From positions 44,060-108,059 of the forward strand of contig JAFSVF010000007.1 of NCBI GenBank assembly GCA_017450205.1: DNA of 64,000 nucleotides, written 5' to 3'. Made by a program: the position numbers and the translations under genes. A model generated the notes under the pieces. It did no database searches. It saw only the letters and a list, made by a program, of their open reading frames with translations, and was not told the DNA's origin. Origin of the DNA: Bacilli bacterium (GTDB lineage: Bacteria > Bacillota_I > Bacilli_A > RF39 > UBA660). Each line of letters begins with the position of its first letter. Position 1 is the stretch's first letter. Positions 30,976 through 40,458 of the stretch are shown piece after piece.

Positions 30976-32778
30976 ATGGAAAAAAATTATAGTTTTTATA
31001 GAAATGAACCAGTATTAGATTTAAATCCTAATCAAACAATGTATTCATTTATTAAAAATATTAATGAAAATAATATGGATAAAAAAGCAATTGATTTCTT
31101 TGGTACAAGAACATCATTTGATAGTTTAATTAATGAAAGAACTGTTAAACTTGCTGATGCATATTATAAAAATGGTGTTAGAGAAGGAGATTCTGTTGGT
31201 TTGCTTTTAATTAACATTCCTGCTGTTCAAGAAAATCTTTTAGCACTTAGTTATCTTGGCGCAACTGCTAAATGGATTGATGTAAGAAATAAAGAAAAAG
31301 ATTTAATTGATAAATTAAATGAAAATGATGGTTGTAAATTTGTAGTTGCATTTGATGGAGTTGCAAATAATGTAATTAATATTCTTAATGAAACAAATGT
31401 CGAAAAAGTATTAGTTGTTTCTCCTAAGGATTATTTAAATCCAATTGCTAAAATTGTTGCTAATTATAAAGATTTTAAAGAAAACAAAAAAATAGATATT
31501 GATTATAACGATAAAGTTATGAAATATATGGACTTTTATAAAGAAGGTTCAAAAAATACTGATATTACACCTGTATCGTTTGAAAAAGATAGACCATCTA
31601 TTATTGTTCAATCAAGTGGTAGTACTGGTAAGTCTAAATCTATTTTACATACTGAGTATAACTTTAATAGTGAAATGGTTAAAGAATCATATTCTGATTT
31701 ACCTTTAGTTGCTGGCAATAGGATGTTTGTTACTGTTCCACCATTTATTATATATGGTTTATGTAACTCGATTTATGCAGCAATGACTTTTGGACTAGAA
31801 GGTGTTCTTTCTCCATACTTAGACGATGATGTAGTTTTGAAAGCTCTAGGTAAGATTGATATTTCTGCTGGTGTTCCATTACATTATAGATGTATATATG
31901 CTAAAATGGTTTCTTTAAAAAATGAAATTGATGAATTAATTAAATTAGATTCACCATCAGTTAAAAAAGATTTATTAAAGAAAACAAAAGAATTAGATGA
32001 TATTATTAATAAGTTAAAAAATACTAAAGCATTTATTTCTGGTGGAGATAAAATTACTGCTGATGAAATATTAAGAATGGAACATACATTTAACGTTCCT
32101 GTTATTAATGGATATGGAAATAATGAAATGTGTGGTGCTTCCGTTATTACACCTGTTTATGGTTCTAAACCTGATTCAATTGGTATTCCTTTAAAAGGTG
32201 TAGAAATTCATGCTTTTGATGAAAATACTAATGAACAACTACCTGATGGTGAAGTTGGAGAATTATGTATGAAATCAGATAATATGTTTGTTGAATATAT
32301 TAATAATCCAACTGAAACAAATAAAATTAAACAAACTCATAAAGATGGATCTTCATGGGTTCATACTGGAGATTTAGGATTTATTGATCAAGATGGATTT
32401 GTATTTGTAACTGGTAGAAATCGTCGTTTAATTAAAATGGATAGCTTTAAAATATCACCTGAAACTATTGAATCATGTGTTTTAAAACTTAATTATATTA
32501 AGGATTGTGTAGTAGTAGGTGCTCCTGATGAAGAACATAAGGAAGTTCCTATGCTATATATTGAAAAAAATGTCGATGTTACAGTAAACAACGATGAATT
32601 GATCGAATGTGTAAAACAATATTGCGCAGAAAACATTCCTGATTATGAAAATCCTGCATATATTGAAATTTTAGATAGTATACCATATTCGAATGGTAAA
32701 CATAATTTTAAATTATTAGCAGAAAAAGCCAAAAATTTTGTAAACGAAAATAATAAGAGTAAAGTATTAATGAAATAA
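30976..32778 (+). CDS. AMP-dependent synthetase/ligase (acyl/aryl-CoA ligase family)
   Basis: AMP-binding motif SSGSTGKSK. Adenylation-domain core motifs YGNNE and GDLG. Confidence 0.85.
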   Translation: MEKNYSFYRNEPVLDLNPNQTMYSFIKNINENNMDKKAIDFFGTRTSFDSLINERTVKLADAYYKNGVREGDSVGLLLINIPAVQENLLALSYLGATAKWIDVRNKEKDLIDKLNENDGCKFVVAFDGVANNVINILNETNVEKVLVVSPKDYLNPIAKIVANYKDFKENKKIDIDYNDKVMKYMDFYKEGSKNTDITPVSFEKDRPSIIVQSSGSTGKSKSILHTEYNFNSEMVKESYSDLPLVAGNRMFVTVPPFIIYGLCNSIYAAMTFGLEGVLSPYLDDDVVLKALGKIDISAGVPLHYRCIYAKMVSLKNEIDELIKLDSPSVKKDLLKKTKELDDIINKLKNTKAFISGGDKITADEILRMEHTFNVPVINGYGNNEMCGASVITPVYGSKPDSIGIPLKGVEIHAFDENTNEQLPDGEVGELCMKSDNMFVEYINNPTETNKIKQTHKDGSSWVHTGDLGFIDQDGFVFVTGRNRRLIKMDSFKISPETIESCVLKLNYIKDCVVVGAPDEEHKEVPMLYIEKNVDVTVNNDELIECVKQYCAENIPDYENPAYIEILDSIPYSNGKHNFKLLAEKAKNFVNENNKSKVLMK

Positions 32779-32797
32779 TTGATGTATTTCTATTTAA

Positions 32798-32829
32798 GGA
32801 AACGATATATATCGTTTCCTATTTTTTTT
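32798..32829 (+). terminator. rho-independent terminator after the ligase gene
   Basis: ggaaacgat-atat-atcgtttcc stem followed by T9. It sits inside the N-terminal extension of the 32779 ORF-track entry and argues against that start. Confidence 0.65.
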
Positions 32830-32880
32830 GCTTTTTATTTATGTTATAATTTCACTAGAACAAGAATAGAAGGTAGATAT

Positions 32881-35334
32881 ATGAACTTTGATTTGTTAAA
32901 TTTATGTACATTTATATATACTGTAACGATTAGTATATTATTTTTTAGAAAGAAAAGAGTAAAATCTACTGAATTAACTATTTTTTCTTTTTTACTTGTT
33001 ATTTCTGTTTGTTCACTATCATGTGAGCAAGGTTTGATTTTGCTTGTTGGTTTCAAAAATACTTTGTTTTATACTGCTTTATTAAAATTATTATTAATTT
33101 TTTATTACTTATGGACTGCGTTCTTTTTACTATATACAATATCTGTTTCATTTGAAAAACTAATTACTAAGAAGTTTTTGATTCCATATTTTTTATTTGG
33201 TTTAGCTATTATTGGTATTGTATTTACATTACCAATCCAATTAATTGATTATGGCAGTTCGGGATATTCTTCTGGTCTTGCTGTAGATTTTATAAGTTCT
33301 ATTTGTGGATTATATTGTTTTATTATGATTGTTTTATGTGTTATAAGCTTTAATAAATTTAAAACTAAAAAGTATCTACCTATTATTATTTTATTAATAT
33401 TACTTATTGGATCATTTGTTATTCAACGTTCGAATCCACAAATACTTTTAATGGCTTTTGTTCATGCATTTACGGGATTTGTTATGTACTTTACTGTTGA
33501 AAATCCAGATTTAGGAATAATTAAAGAACTTGAAAAAGCAAGAGATGAAGCTAATAGAGCTAATAAAGCTAAGAGCGAATTCTTAAGTTCCATGTCACAT
33601 GAAATAAGAACACCTCTAAATGCTATTATTGGTTTTTCTGAATTTATCTTAGATAGTGATTCTATCGAAGATGCTCATAATACTGCTAAAGATGTTGTAT
33701 GTGCGTCTCAAACATTACTAGAAACAGTTAATGGTATTCTAGATATATCTAAAGTTGAATCAGGTAAACTAGAAATTATTGAAGACAATTATAACTTAAA
33801 AGAATTACTTGATAACACAGTTAGAATAGCTAAAGCAAGAATGGGTGATAAACAACTTGATTTAAGAGTTCATTTCGCACCTGATCTTCCTGATACATTA
33901 TATGGTGATAAAAATAACTTAAATAAAGTTATTATTAACTTACTTACTAATGCAATTAAATATACTAAAGAAGGCTATATTGATTATTCAGTCCAATGTG
34001 CTAAAACACCTGAAATATGTAGACTTATTATTACAGTTAAAGATACTGGTATTGGAATTAAAAAAGAAAATATTGATAAGTTATTTACTAGATTCCAAAG
34101 ATTTGATGAAAAGAGTAACGGTACTATTGAAGGTACAGGATTAGGACTTGCTATTACTAAACAATTAGTTGAAATGATGGGTGGTAATATTGTAGTTTCT
34201 TCTATTTATGGAGAAGGTTCTAACTTTACAGTTGCACTAGATCAAAGAATAAGTCTTGCTCATGTTGCTCGTGAAGATATTCAAGCAGATGAATATAGAT
34301 TTGATCTACATGATAAAAAGATTCTTGTAGTAGATGATAATAATTTAAACTTAAAACTTGCAGAAAGAATATTCTTAAAATATAACTGTAAAGTTCAATG
34401 CGTAACAAGTGGATTCGAATGCTTAGATTACATTAATAAAGGATATACTTATGATTTAGTATTACTAGATGATGTAATGCCTAAGATGCTAGGTAGTGAA
34501 ACTCTAACAAGATTAAAAAGAATTGAAAACTTTAAAACACCAGTTATTGCATTAACTGCTAATGCAATCGCAGGTATGAAAGAAAAATATTTACTTCTTG
34601 GTTTTGATGATTATTTAGCTAAACCAATTGAAAAAGATCAATTAGAAATAATTCTTAAGAAATTCTTACTTGATAAGAAAGAAGCTAAGAGTCTAAGTGA
34701 TGATGTATTAACTTCAAGTAGACCAATGAGTGTTATTAGTGATGAAACTAAAAATGATATTTTATCAAGTGCTTCTTCTAAGAACACAGTAGTAGTTACT
34801 AAAGAACAAGCTGCACCTGAACCTGCAACTCAAGCACAAACAGCAAAACCTGAAGAAAAATCTCAAGTTGAAGGAATTAAATTCAATGATAAAGGTGCTA
34901 ATGCTGAAATAGTTATTCCTGAAAATGAACAATTTACTGATTACTCTGATAAGAGAATCTTAGTAGTAGATGATAATAAATTAAACTTAAAAGTTGCTCT
35001 TAAATTCTTATCGAGATATAAATTCCAAGAAGATGAAGCATACTCCGGTGAAGAATGTCTTGAAAAGATTAAGAATGGTGAAAAGTACGATATTATCTTT
35101 ATGGATATTATGATGCCTAACTTAAACGGTGTAGAAACATTCCATGAATTACAAAAGATTGAAGGATTTAATATCCCAGTAGTAATTGCCTTAACAGCAG
35201 ATGCTGTTGAAGGTGCAAAAGAAAAGTACTTAAAAGAAGGTTTCGCAGAATATATCTCTAAACCAATCGTAAGAGAAAGACTTGATAAAGTAATACATAA
35301 AGTATTAGATGAAAAAGAACAAAGTGAAGACTAG
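32881..35334 (+). CDS. hybrid sensor histidine kinase with two C-terminal receiver domains
   Basis: Multi-TM N-terminus and H-box KSEFLSSMSHEIRTPLN with DTGIGI and GTGLGLAI motifs. REC1 (ILVVDDNNLNLK...) and REC2 (ILVVDDNKLNLK...DIIFMDIMMPNLNG). Start at the ATG at 32881, which follows the terminator and a TATAAT box. Confidence 0.85.
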   Translation: MNFDLLNLCTFIYTVTISILFFRKKRVKSTELTIFSFLLVISVCSLSCEQGLILLVGFKNTLFYTALLKLLLIFYYLWTAFFLLYTISVSFEKLITKKFLIPYFLFGLAIIGIVFTLPIQLIDYGSSGYSSGLAVDFISSICGLYCFIMIVLCVISFNKFKTKKYLPIIILLILLIGSFVIQRSNPQILLMAFVHAFTGFVMYFTVENPDLGIIKELEKARDEANRANKAKSEFLSSMSHEIRTPLNAIIGFSEFILDSDSIEDAHNTAKDVVCASQTLLETVNGILDISKVESGKLEIIEDNYNLKELLDNTVRIAKARMGDKQLDLRVHFAPDLPDTLYGDKNNLNKVIINLLTNAIKYTKEGYIDYSVQCAKTPEICRLIITVKDTGIGIKKENIDKLFTRFQRFDEKSNGTIEGTGLGLAITKQLVEMMGGNIVVSSIYGEGSNFTVALDQRISLAHVAREDIQADEYRFDLHDKKILVVDDNNLNLKLAERIFLKYNCKVQCVTSGFECLDYINKGYTYDLVLLDDVMPKMLGSETLTRLKRIENFKTPVIALTANAIAGMKEKYLLLGFDDYLAKPIEKDQLEIILKKFLLDKKEAKSLSDDVLTSSRPMSVISDETKNDILSSASSKNTVVVTKEQAAPEPATQAQTAKPEEKSQVEGIKFNDKGANAEIVIPENEQFTDYSDKRILVVDDNKLNLKVALKFLSRYKFQEDEAYSGEECLEKIKNGEKYDIIFMDIMMPNLNGVETFHELQKIEGFNIPVVIALTADAVEGAKEKYLKEGFAEYISKPIVRERLDKVIHKVLDEKEQSED

Positions 35335-35352
35335 AGAAATCTAGTCTTTTTA
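35328..35352 (+). terminator. rho-independent terminator
   Basis: agactaga-gaaa-tctagtct stem followed by a T-run. It overlaps the stop codon. Confidence 0.5.
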
Positions 35353-35585
35353 CTTGTTTTAATTTAATAATATACTTAAATAAATAGGGAAGTATAGTAA
35401 GTTTACGATTAAGACAATAGAAACAAAAAAAGAATATATTAAACACTTTGAAAAGAATGTTCCTATCTCTCATGCACAATACATATTTGAAAAAAATTTA
35501 TAGTATTAAAATTGTCTATTACTTTACATTTTTACTAAAGAGATTATTAATATTATGATATACTTATAAAGTAAGGTGGGAAATT

Positions 35586-36002
35586 ATGGATACATACACA
35601 GAAGAAGACAATAGACAATATACAGATTATTCAGATAAAAGAATTCTTGTAGTAGATGATAATAAATTAAATTTAAAAGTTGCTCTTAAATTTATGTCTA
35701 AATATAATTTTAAAACTGATGAATGCTATAGTGGAGAAGAATGTTTAGATAAAATTCGTAGAGGAGAAAAGTATGATATTATTTTTATGGATATAATGAT
35801 GCCTACACTTAATGGTGTAGAAACATTCCATGAATTACAAAGAATTAAAGGATTTAATACTCCAGTAGTAATTGCTTTAACTGCAGATGCGGTTGAAGGA
35901 GCAAAAGAAAAATATTTAAGAGAAGGATTTGCTGAATATATTTCAAAACCAATAGTTAGAGATCATCTAGATGAAGTAGTTCATAAAGTATTAGATAAGT
36001 AA
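35586..36002 (+). CDS. stand-alone receiver (REC-only) response regulator
   Basis: 138 aa. Roughly 85% aa identity to REC2 of the upstream hybrid kinase, with a shared 28-nt identical DNA stretch. Confidence 0.85.
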   Translation: MDTYTEEDNRQYTDYSDKRILVVDDNKLNLKVALKFMSKYNFKTDECYSGEECLDKIRRGEKYDIIFMDIMMPTLNGVETFHELQRIKGFNTPVVIALTADAVEGAKEKYLREGFAEYISKPIVRDHLDEVVHKVLDK

Positions 36003-36004
36003 TT

Positions 36005-36421
36005 ATGAATATTGAAACTATAAAGAATACATTAGAAATAACTAATGGAGATAATATATTTGTATATTTACCAAGTACATTTTTAAATTTTAAAAGACTA
36101 TTAGAGTTTGAACTTAAAAAGTATGGAGTAAATAAAATATATTTCCATGAAGTAGATATGAATAGAGAAAAAGCTATGATTGATTATTTAGATATAGAAA
36201 ATATATACAAGTATCCAATGTTTGATTATAGTGATTTTAACAAGTATGCTAAACTTCAATATAAGTTTATTATATTTGATGTAGATAGAAATAAAATATA
36301 TTCTTATTTAGATAAAAGCAAGCTAGAAAATACTTTAAAGCATATTGAATCTACTAGAGAATACTTTAATAATTGTTTAGAAAACAATTCTTTAAAAATA
36401 TATATTCATAAAGAAGATTAA
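36005..36421 (+). CDS. hypothetical protein
   Basis: ORF abutting the REC gene. No recognisable motif. Confidence 0.4.
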   Translation: MNIETIKNTLEITNGDNIFVYLPSTFLNFKRLLEFELKKYGVNKIYFHEVDMNREKAMIDYLDIENIYKYPMFDYSDFNKYAKLQYKFIIFDVDRNKIYSYLDKSKLENTLKHIESTREYFNNCLENNSLKIYIHKED

Positions 36422-36671
36422 TTCTTCTTTTTTTTGTAAAGTGTGAAACTTTTTATCAAAAAACATTCAAAAAGTATCACACTAATAAATTATTGAAAAA
36501 TATAAGAAATGTACGTATTTTAGTTGAAAAACGTACATTTTTTTGTTAAACTACTATTGGTTTTGTATAAACAAAACTAATAGACACATTTACCCAGAAG
36601 TCTCTGCCCAGTGGCCATAAGGTTGGTGGAGCTTAGGTAAGTGGATGAAAAAACAAAAGGAGAGTGAAATT

Positions 36672-37601
36672 ATGGCAGTTGTTTCTATGAGTTATTTATT
36701 AGAAGCAGGTGTTCAATTCGGACACCAAACTAAAAGATGGAACCCTAAAATGAAGGAATACATCTTTACTACTAGAGACGATATTTATATTATCGACCTA
36801 GAAAAAACTGTTGCATGCATCGAAACTGCATATGCAAAAGTTAAAGAAATCGCTGAAAACGGTGGAAACTTCCTATATGTAGGAACTAAAAAACAAGCTG
36901 TTGAAGCATCAGTAGAAGAAGCTCAAAGAGGAGAATCTTTCTATGTAACATCTAGATGGTTAGGTGGAACTCTAACTAACTTCAGAACTATTAGAAGAAG
37001 AGTTAGAAGATTAGATGAAATCGAAGCTATGGAAAAAGATGGTACTTTTGAAAAATTACCTAAAAAAGAAGTTATCGGTTTAAGAAAAGAATATGAAAAA
37101 TTAAACAAAGTATTATGTGGTATCAGAGGAATGGATAAATTACCTAACGCTTTAATCATTACTGATCCTTCTAAGGAAATTAATGCTATTAGAGAAGCTA
37201 GAAAATTAAATATTCCAGTATTTGGTATCGTTGATACTAATTGTGATCCTGATTTAGTTGATTATGTTATTCCTGGTAATGACGATGCAGTTAGATCTGT
37301 AAAAGTTATTTTAGGAGTATTAACTAATGCTATTTGTGAAGCTAAAGGACTTCCATTAGTTGATTATATTACTGAAGTAGAAAAACCAAAAACTCAAAAA
37401 GAAGTTTTAGATACTGAAAAAACTAAAGAAGTTAAAAAAGAATCTAAAAAAGAAGAAAAAGTTGAAGTAGTTGAAGAAGTTGCTTCTGAAAACGACTTAG
37501 CTTCTAAAAATGTTACTGAATTAAGAAACATGGCTAAAGAAGCTGGCATCAAAGGTTATTCTACAATGAAAAAAGATGAACTAATCGCATCTTTAAGTTA
37601 A
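36672..37601 (+). CDS. rpsB: 30S ribosomal protein S2 with C-terminal Rho_N-like extension
   Basis: [27 protein letters not shown]... matches the S2 core. A K/E-rich linker is followed by [26 protein letters not shown] (Rho N-terminal / SAP-like motif). RBS aaaggag. Confidence 0.93.
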   Translation: MAVVSMSYLLEAGVQFGHQTKRWNPKMKEYIFTTRDDIYIIDLEKTVACIETAYAKVKEIAENGGNFLYVGTKKQAVEASVEEAQRGESFYVTSRWLGGTLTNFRTIRRRVRRLDEIEAMEKDGTFEKLPKKEVIGLRKEYEKLNKVLCGIRGMDKLPNALIITDPSKEINAIREARKLNIPVFGIVDTNCDPDLVDYVIPGNDDAVRSVKVILGVLTNAICEAKGLPLVDYITEVEKPKTQKEVLDTEKTKEVKKESKKEEKVEVVEEVASENDLASKNVTELRNMAKEAGIKGYSTMKKDELIASLS

Positions 37602-37624
37602 TTAATTAAGATAGGAGAATATAT

Positions 37625-38503
37625 ATGATATCTGCAAAAGATGTAAATGAATTAAGACAAAAAACTGGTGCAGGAATGATGGACTGCAAAAAAGCATTAA
37701 CTGAATGTAATGGTGACATTGAAGCTGCTATTGATTGGTTAAGAGAAAAAGGTATTTCTAAAGCTGCAAAGAAAACTGAAAGAATTGCTGCTGAAGGATT
37801 AGCTAATATTTATGTTGATGGTAACAAAGCTGCTATCGTTGAAGTAAACTGCGAAACTGACTTCGTTACAAGAAATGCTGATTTCGTTGCATTAGTTGAT
37901 GAAATTGGTAAAACAGCTGTTAAAAGTGATGCTAAATCATTAGAAGAAGTACTTGCTTTACCTGTTGAAGGAACTGAAGGAACTGTAAACGATTTAGTTA
38001 TTGCTAAAACTGCAGTTATCGGAGAAAAATTATCTTTAAGAAGAGTTGAAGTTGTTACTAAGACTGATGAAGATAACTTTGGTTCATACATCCATATGGG
38101 TGGAAAAATTGCTTCATTAGTAGTTGTTAAAGGCGCTAATGAAGATGTAGCTAAAGACGTAGCTATGCAAGCTGCAGCTATGAAACCAGCTTACTTAAAA
38201 GCTGATGACGTTCCTGCTGAAGTATTAGAAAAAGAAAAAGAAATCTTAAAAGAACAAGCTATTAATGAAGGAAAACCTGCTGATATAGCTGAAAAGATGG
38301 TTCAAGGAAGAATTTCTAAATACTATAAAGAAAATTGCTTAGTTGACCAAGAATTCGTTAAAGATTCTTCTATGGATATCAAAACTTTCGTTAAAAATGC
38401 TGGTGGTGAAGTTACTGCTATGTACAGATACGAAGTAGGCGAAGGAATGGAAAAGAGAAGCGAAAATTTAGCTGAAGAAGTTGCTAAACAATTAGCTGAA
38501 TAA
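37625..38503 (+). CDS. tsf: elongation factor Ts
   Basis: N-terminal UBA-like LRQKTGAGMMDCKKAL and EF-Ts dimerisation domains. Conserved rpsB-tsf order. Confidence 0.95.
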   Translation: MISAKDVNELRQKTGAGMMDCKKALTECNGDIEAAIDWLREKGISKAAKKTERIAAEGLANIYVDGNKAAIVEVNCETDFVTRNADFVALVDEIGKTAVKSDAKSLEEVLALPVEGTEGTVNDLVIAKTAVIGEKLSLRRVEVVTKTDEDNFGSYIHMGGKIASLVVVKGANEDVAKDVAMQAAAMKPAYLKADDVPAEVLEKEKEILKEQAINEGKPADIAEKMVQGRISKYYKENCLVDQEFVKDSSMDIKTFVKNAGGEVTAMYRYEVGEGMEKRSENLAEEVAKQLAE

Positions 38504-38510
38504 TTAATAT

Positions 38511-38543
38511 AAAGAGTTTATTTCATATAAACTCTTTTTTTTA
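38511..38543 (+). terminator. rho-independent terminator after tsf
   Basis: agagtttat / ataaactct stem followed by T8. Confidence 0.55.
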
Positions 38544-38694
38544 CTTATTTTTAATTTTGGTCCAAAAAATCGCATTTTTTATTCATTTTATTGACAAATA
38601 TAAGAAAAATATCATTTTTTGGTCCAATAATTAATAAAAAACTTGATTTTCATCATTTTTTGTTTATTATTAAAATTAGGAAGTGGTAAAGTGT

Positions 38695-40014
38695 ATGAAG
38701 AAGAATTTTAATAATGAATTATATTTTCAAAAACAAAAAGAAGGTCTTATTAAAAGCTTTGAAGGTGATTTTCAAAGATTTTACGTAGAAATTGGTGGTA
38801 AAACACTTGGTGATTTTCATTCAAATAGAGTTTTAAATGGATATGATCCTGATATTAAATATAAAATTATAAAAGATATAGAAATTGGTTTTGAAATTAT
38901 TGTTTGTATTAGTGCGATATCTATTATCAAAAGAAAAAAGAAAAAAGATACTAAAAAATTATATACTGATGAAGTATTAGAATTATTAGATAGATTAAAA
39001 AAAGATAAAATTAAATTTAATGTTGCTATAACTAGATATAGAGAAAATTTCCATGTAGATGGATTTATTGATAAATTAAAAGATATGAATTGTGGTGTTT
39101 ATCGTTTTTTTGAAGATACAAATTATCCTTATGATGTAGAGAGTGTTGTTTCAAAAAATGGACTTGGATCTAATGATTATATTCCTTGTACTGAAAGAGT
39201 AGTTTATGTTATTGCTCCTGGTACAAATTCTGGTAAATTTGCAGTTTGTATTTCTCAAATTTATCATGAAAAGAAACAAAAAATATGTTCGACTTATAGA
39301 AAATTTGAAACTTTCTTAATTCCTGATTATCCAATTAATCATCCTGTTAACTTAGCTTGTTCAATGGCGATGTGTGATGTTAGAGGGGATGATACAATTG
39401 ATTCAGATTATTTAAAAAAGAGAGGAATGCTTATTTGTATTGATTCTCGAGATGCTGAATCCTTTAAAATATTAAATAGAATAATTCCAAAAGAAGAAAA
39501 AAGAACAACTGTTTATGAATATTTCATTAATAATACTAGTGCCGGAATTATTGATGAAGAACTTGCTATTAAACATGCGAAAAAAGAAATTGTTAGAAGA
39601 TATAAAGAATATATAAAAGCATATAATGGTAATAAAGTAAGTCAAATTGAATTTGATGAAGCTTCTAGAATTTATAATTTGATTGATAAAAATATTATTC
39701 TTAGTAGAAATGAAATGCATGTTTTATTGAAAAACTTTATTGACCTATGGGGATTTGATTGTCAAAGTAATGTTTGTATGGAAGAGATGGGTGAGTTAAT
39801 TCAAGCCATTTGTAAATATAAAAGAGAAGACAATGATGAGAGATATATTCCAAATATTTTAGAAGAAATTGCTGATGTTCATAATATGATTATTCAACTT
39901 GAGGAGTATTTTGGTTATGAAGAAATAAGAAAAATCAGAGAAAGAAAAATATTTAGAGCTCAAAAGTATTTAATGGATGAAATAGAGGAAGGTTTAATAG
40001 GTGATAAGAAATGA
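38695..40014 (+). CDS. DUF1846/UPF0371-family protein (tentative, from recalled family pattern)
   Basis: FYVEIGGKTLGDFHSNRVLNGYDPD, VYVIAPGTNSGKF...YRKFETFLIPDYPINHPVNLA and AKKEIVRRYKEY resemble my recollection of UPF0371 (not checkable here). First gene of the overlapping operon. Confidence 0.5.
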   Translation: MKKNFNNELYFQKQKEGLIKSFEGDFQRFYVEIGGKTLGDFHSNRVLNGYDPDIKYKIIKDIEIGFEIIVCISAISIIKRKKKKDTKKLYTDEVLELLDRLKKDKIKFNVAITRYRENFHVDGFIDKLKDMNCGVYRFFEDTNYPYDVESVVSKNGLGSNDYIPCTERVVYVIAPGTNSGKFAVCISQIYHEKKQKICSTYRKFETFLIPDYPINHPVNLACSMAMCDVRGDDTIDSDYLKKRGMLICIDSRDAESFKILNRIIPKEEKRTTVYEYFINNTSAGIIDEELAIKHAKKEIVRRYKEYIKAYNGNKVSQIEFDEASRIYNLIDKNIILSRNEMHVLLKNFIDLWGFDCQSNVCMEEMGELIQAICKYKREDNDERYIPNILEEIADVHNMIIQLEEYFGYEEIRKIRERKIFRAQKYLMDEIEEGLIGDKK

Positions 40015-40457
40015 ATATATTTTTAGCATCTCCTTTTTCTCAATTTTGTGAAGGAGATTCAGATATAATTGTAGAAAATAGATGGTTTTTTGAAAGATTA
40101 ATTAAGTTTTTTAAAAAAAATAAATTTGATTATTTTTGTTCTCAAGAAAGAGAAAATTGGGGAGAAAATTATGTGAGTCCCGAAGAAAGTATTATATGTG
40201 ATGTTAATGGAATTAAGGATTGTGATTTATTTGTTGCAATTCCTGGTAATCCTATTTCAGGTGGAGTACATGTAGAGATTGGATGGGCAAGCGCATATAA
40301 TAAAAAAATGTTAGTATTTTTAGATAAGAATATTGAATATAGTCCTATGATTTTAGGATTAAAAGAATTAACTGATTGTACTTTTATTTATTATGATGAT
40401 TTATTAACTGATGAAACTGTTGATTTAATTATAAAATCAATTAAGGAGGTAATTTAA
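40011..40457 (+). CDS. nucleoside 2-deoxyribosyltransferase-fold protein (NDT/MilB-BlsM-like)
   Basis: IFLASPFS N-terminus and GGVHVEIGWASAYNKKMLVFL with a candidate catalytic Glu. Confidence 0.6.
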   Translation: MNIFLASPFSQFCEGDSDIIVENRWFFERLIKFFKKNKFDYFCSQERENWGENYVSPEESIICDVNGIKDCDLFVAIPGNPISGGVHVEIGWASAYNKKMLVFLDKNIEYSPMILGLKELTDCTFIYYDDLLTDETVDLIIKSIKEVI

Positions 40458-40458
40458 T

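Noticed and set aside
32779-32880. N-terminal 34-aa extension of the hybrid kinase ORF as given in the track
   Set aside because: The extension contains an intrinsic terminator hairpin plus T-run (32798-32829). A TATAAT box and RBS precede the ATG at 32881.
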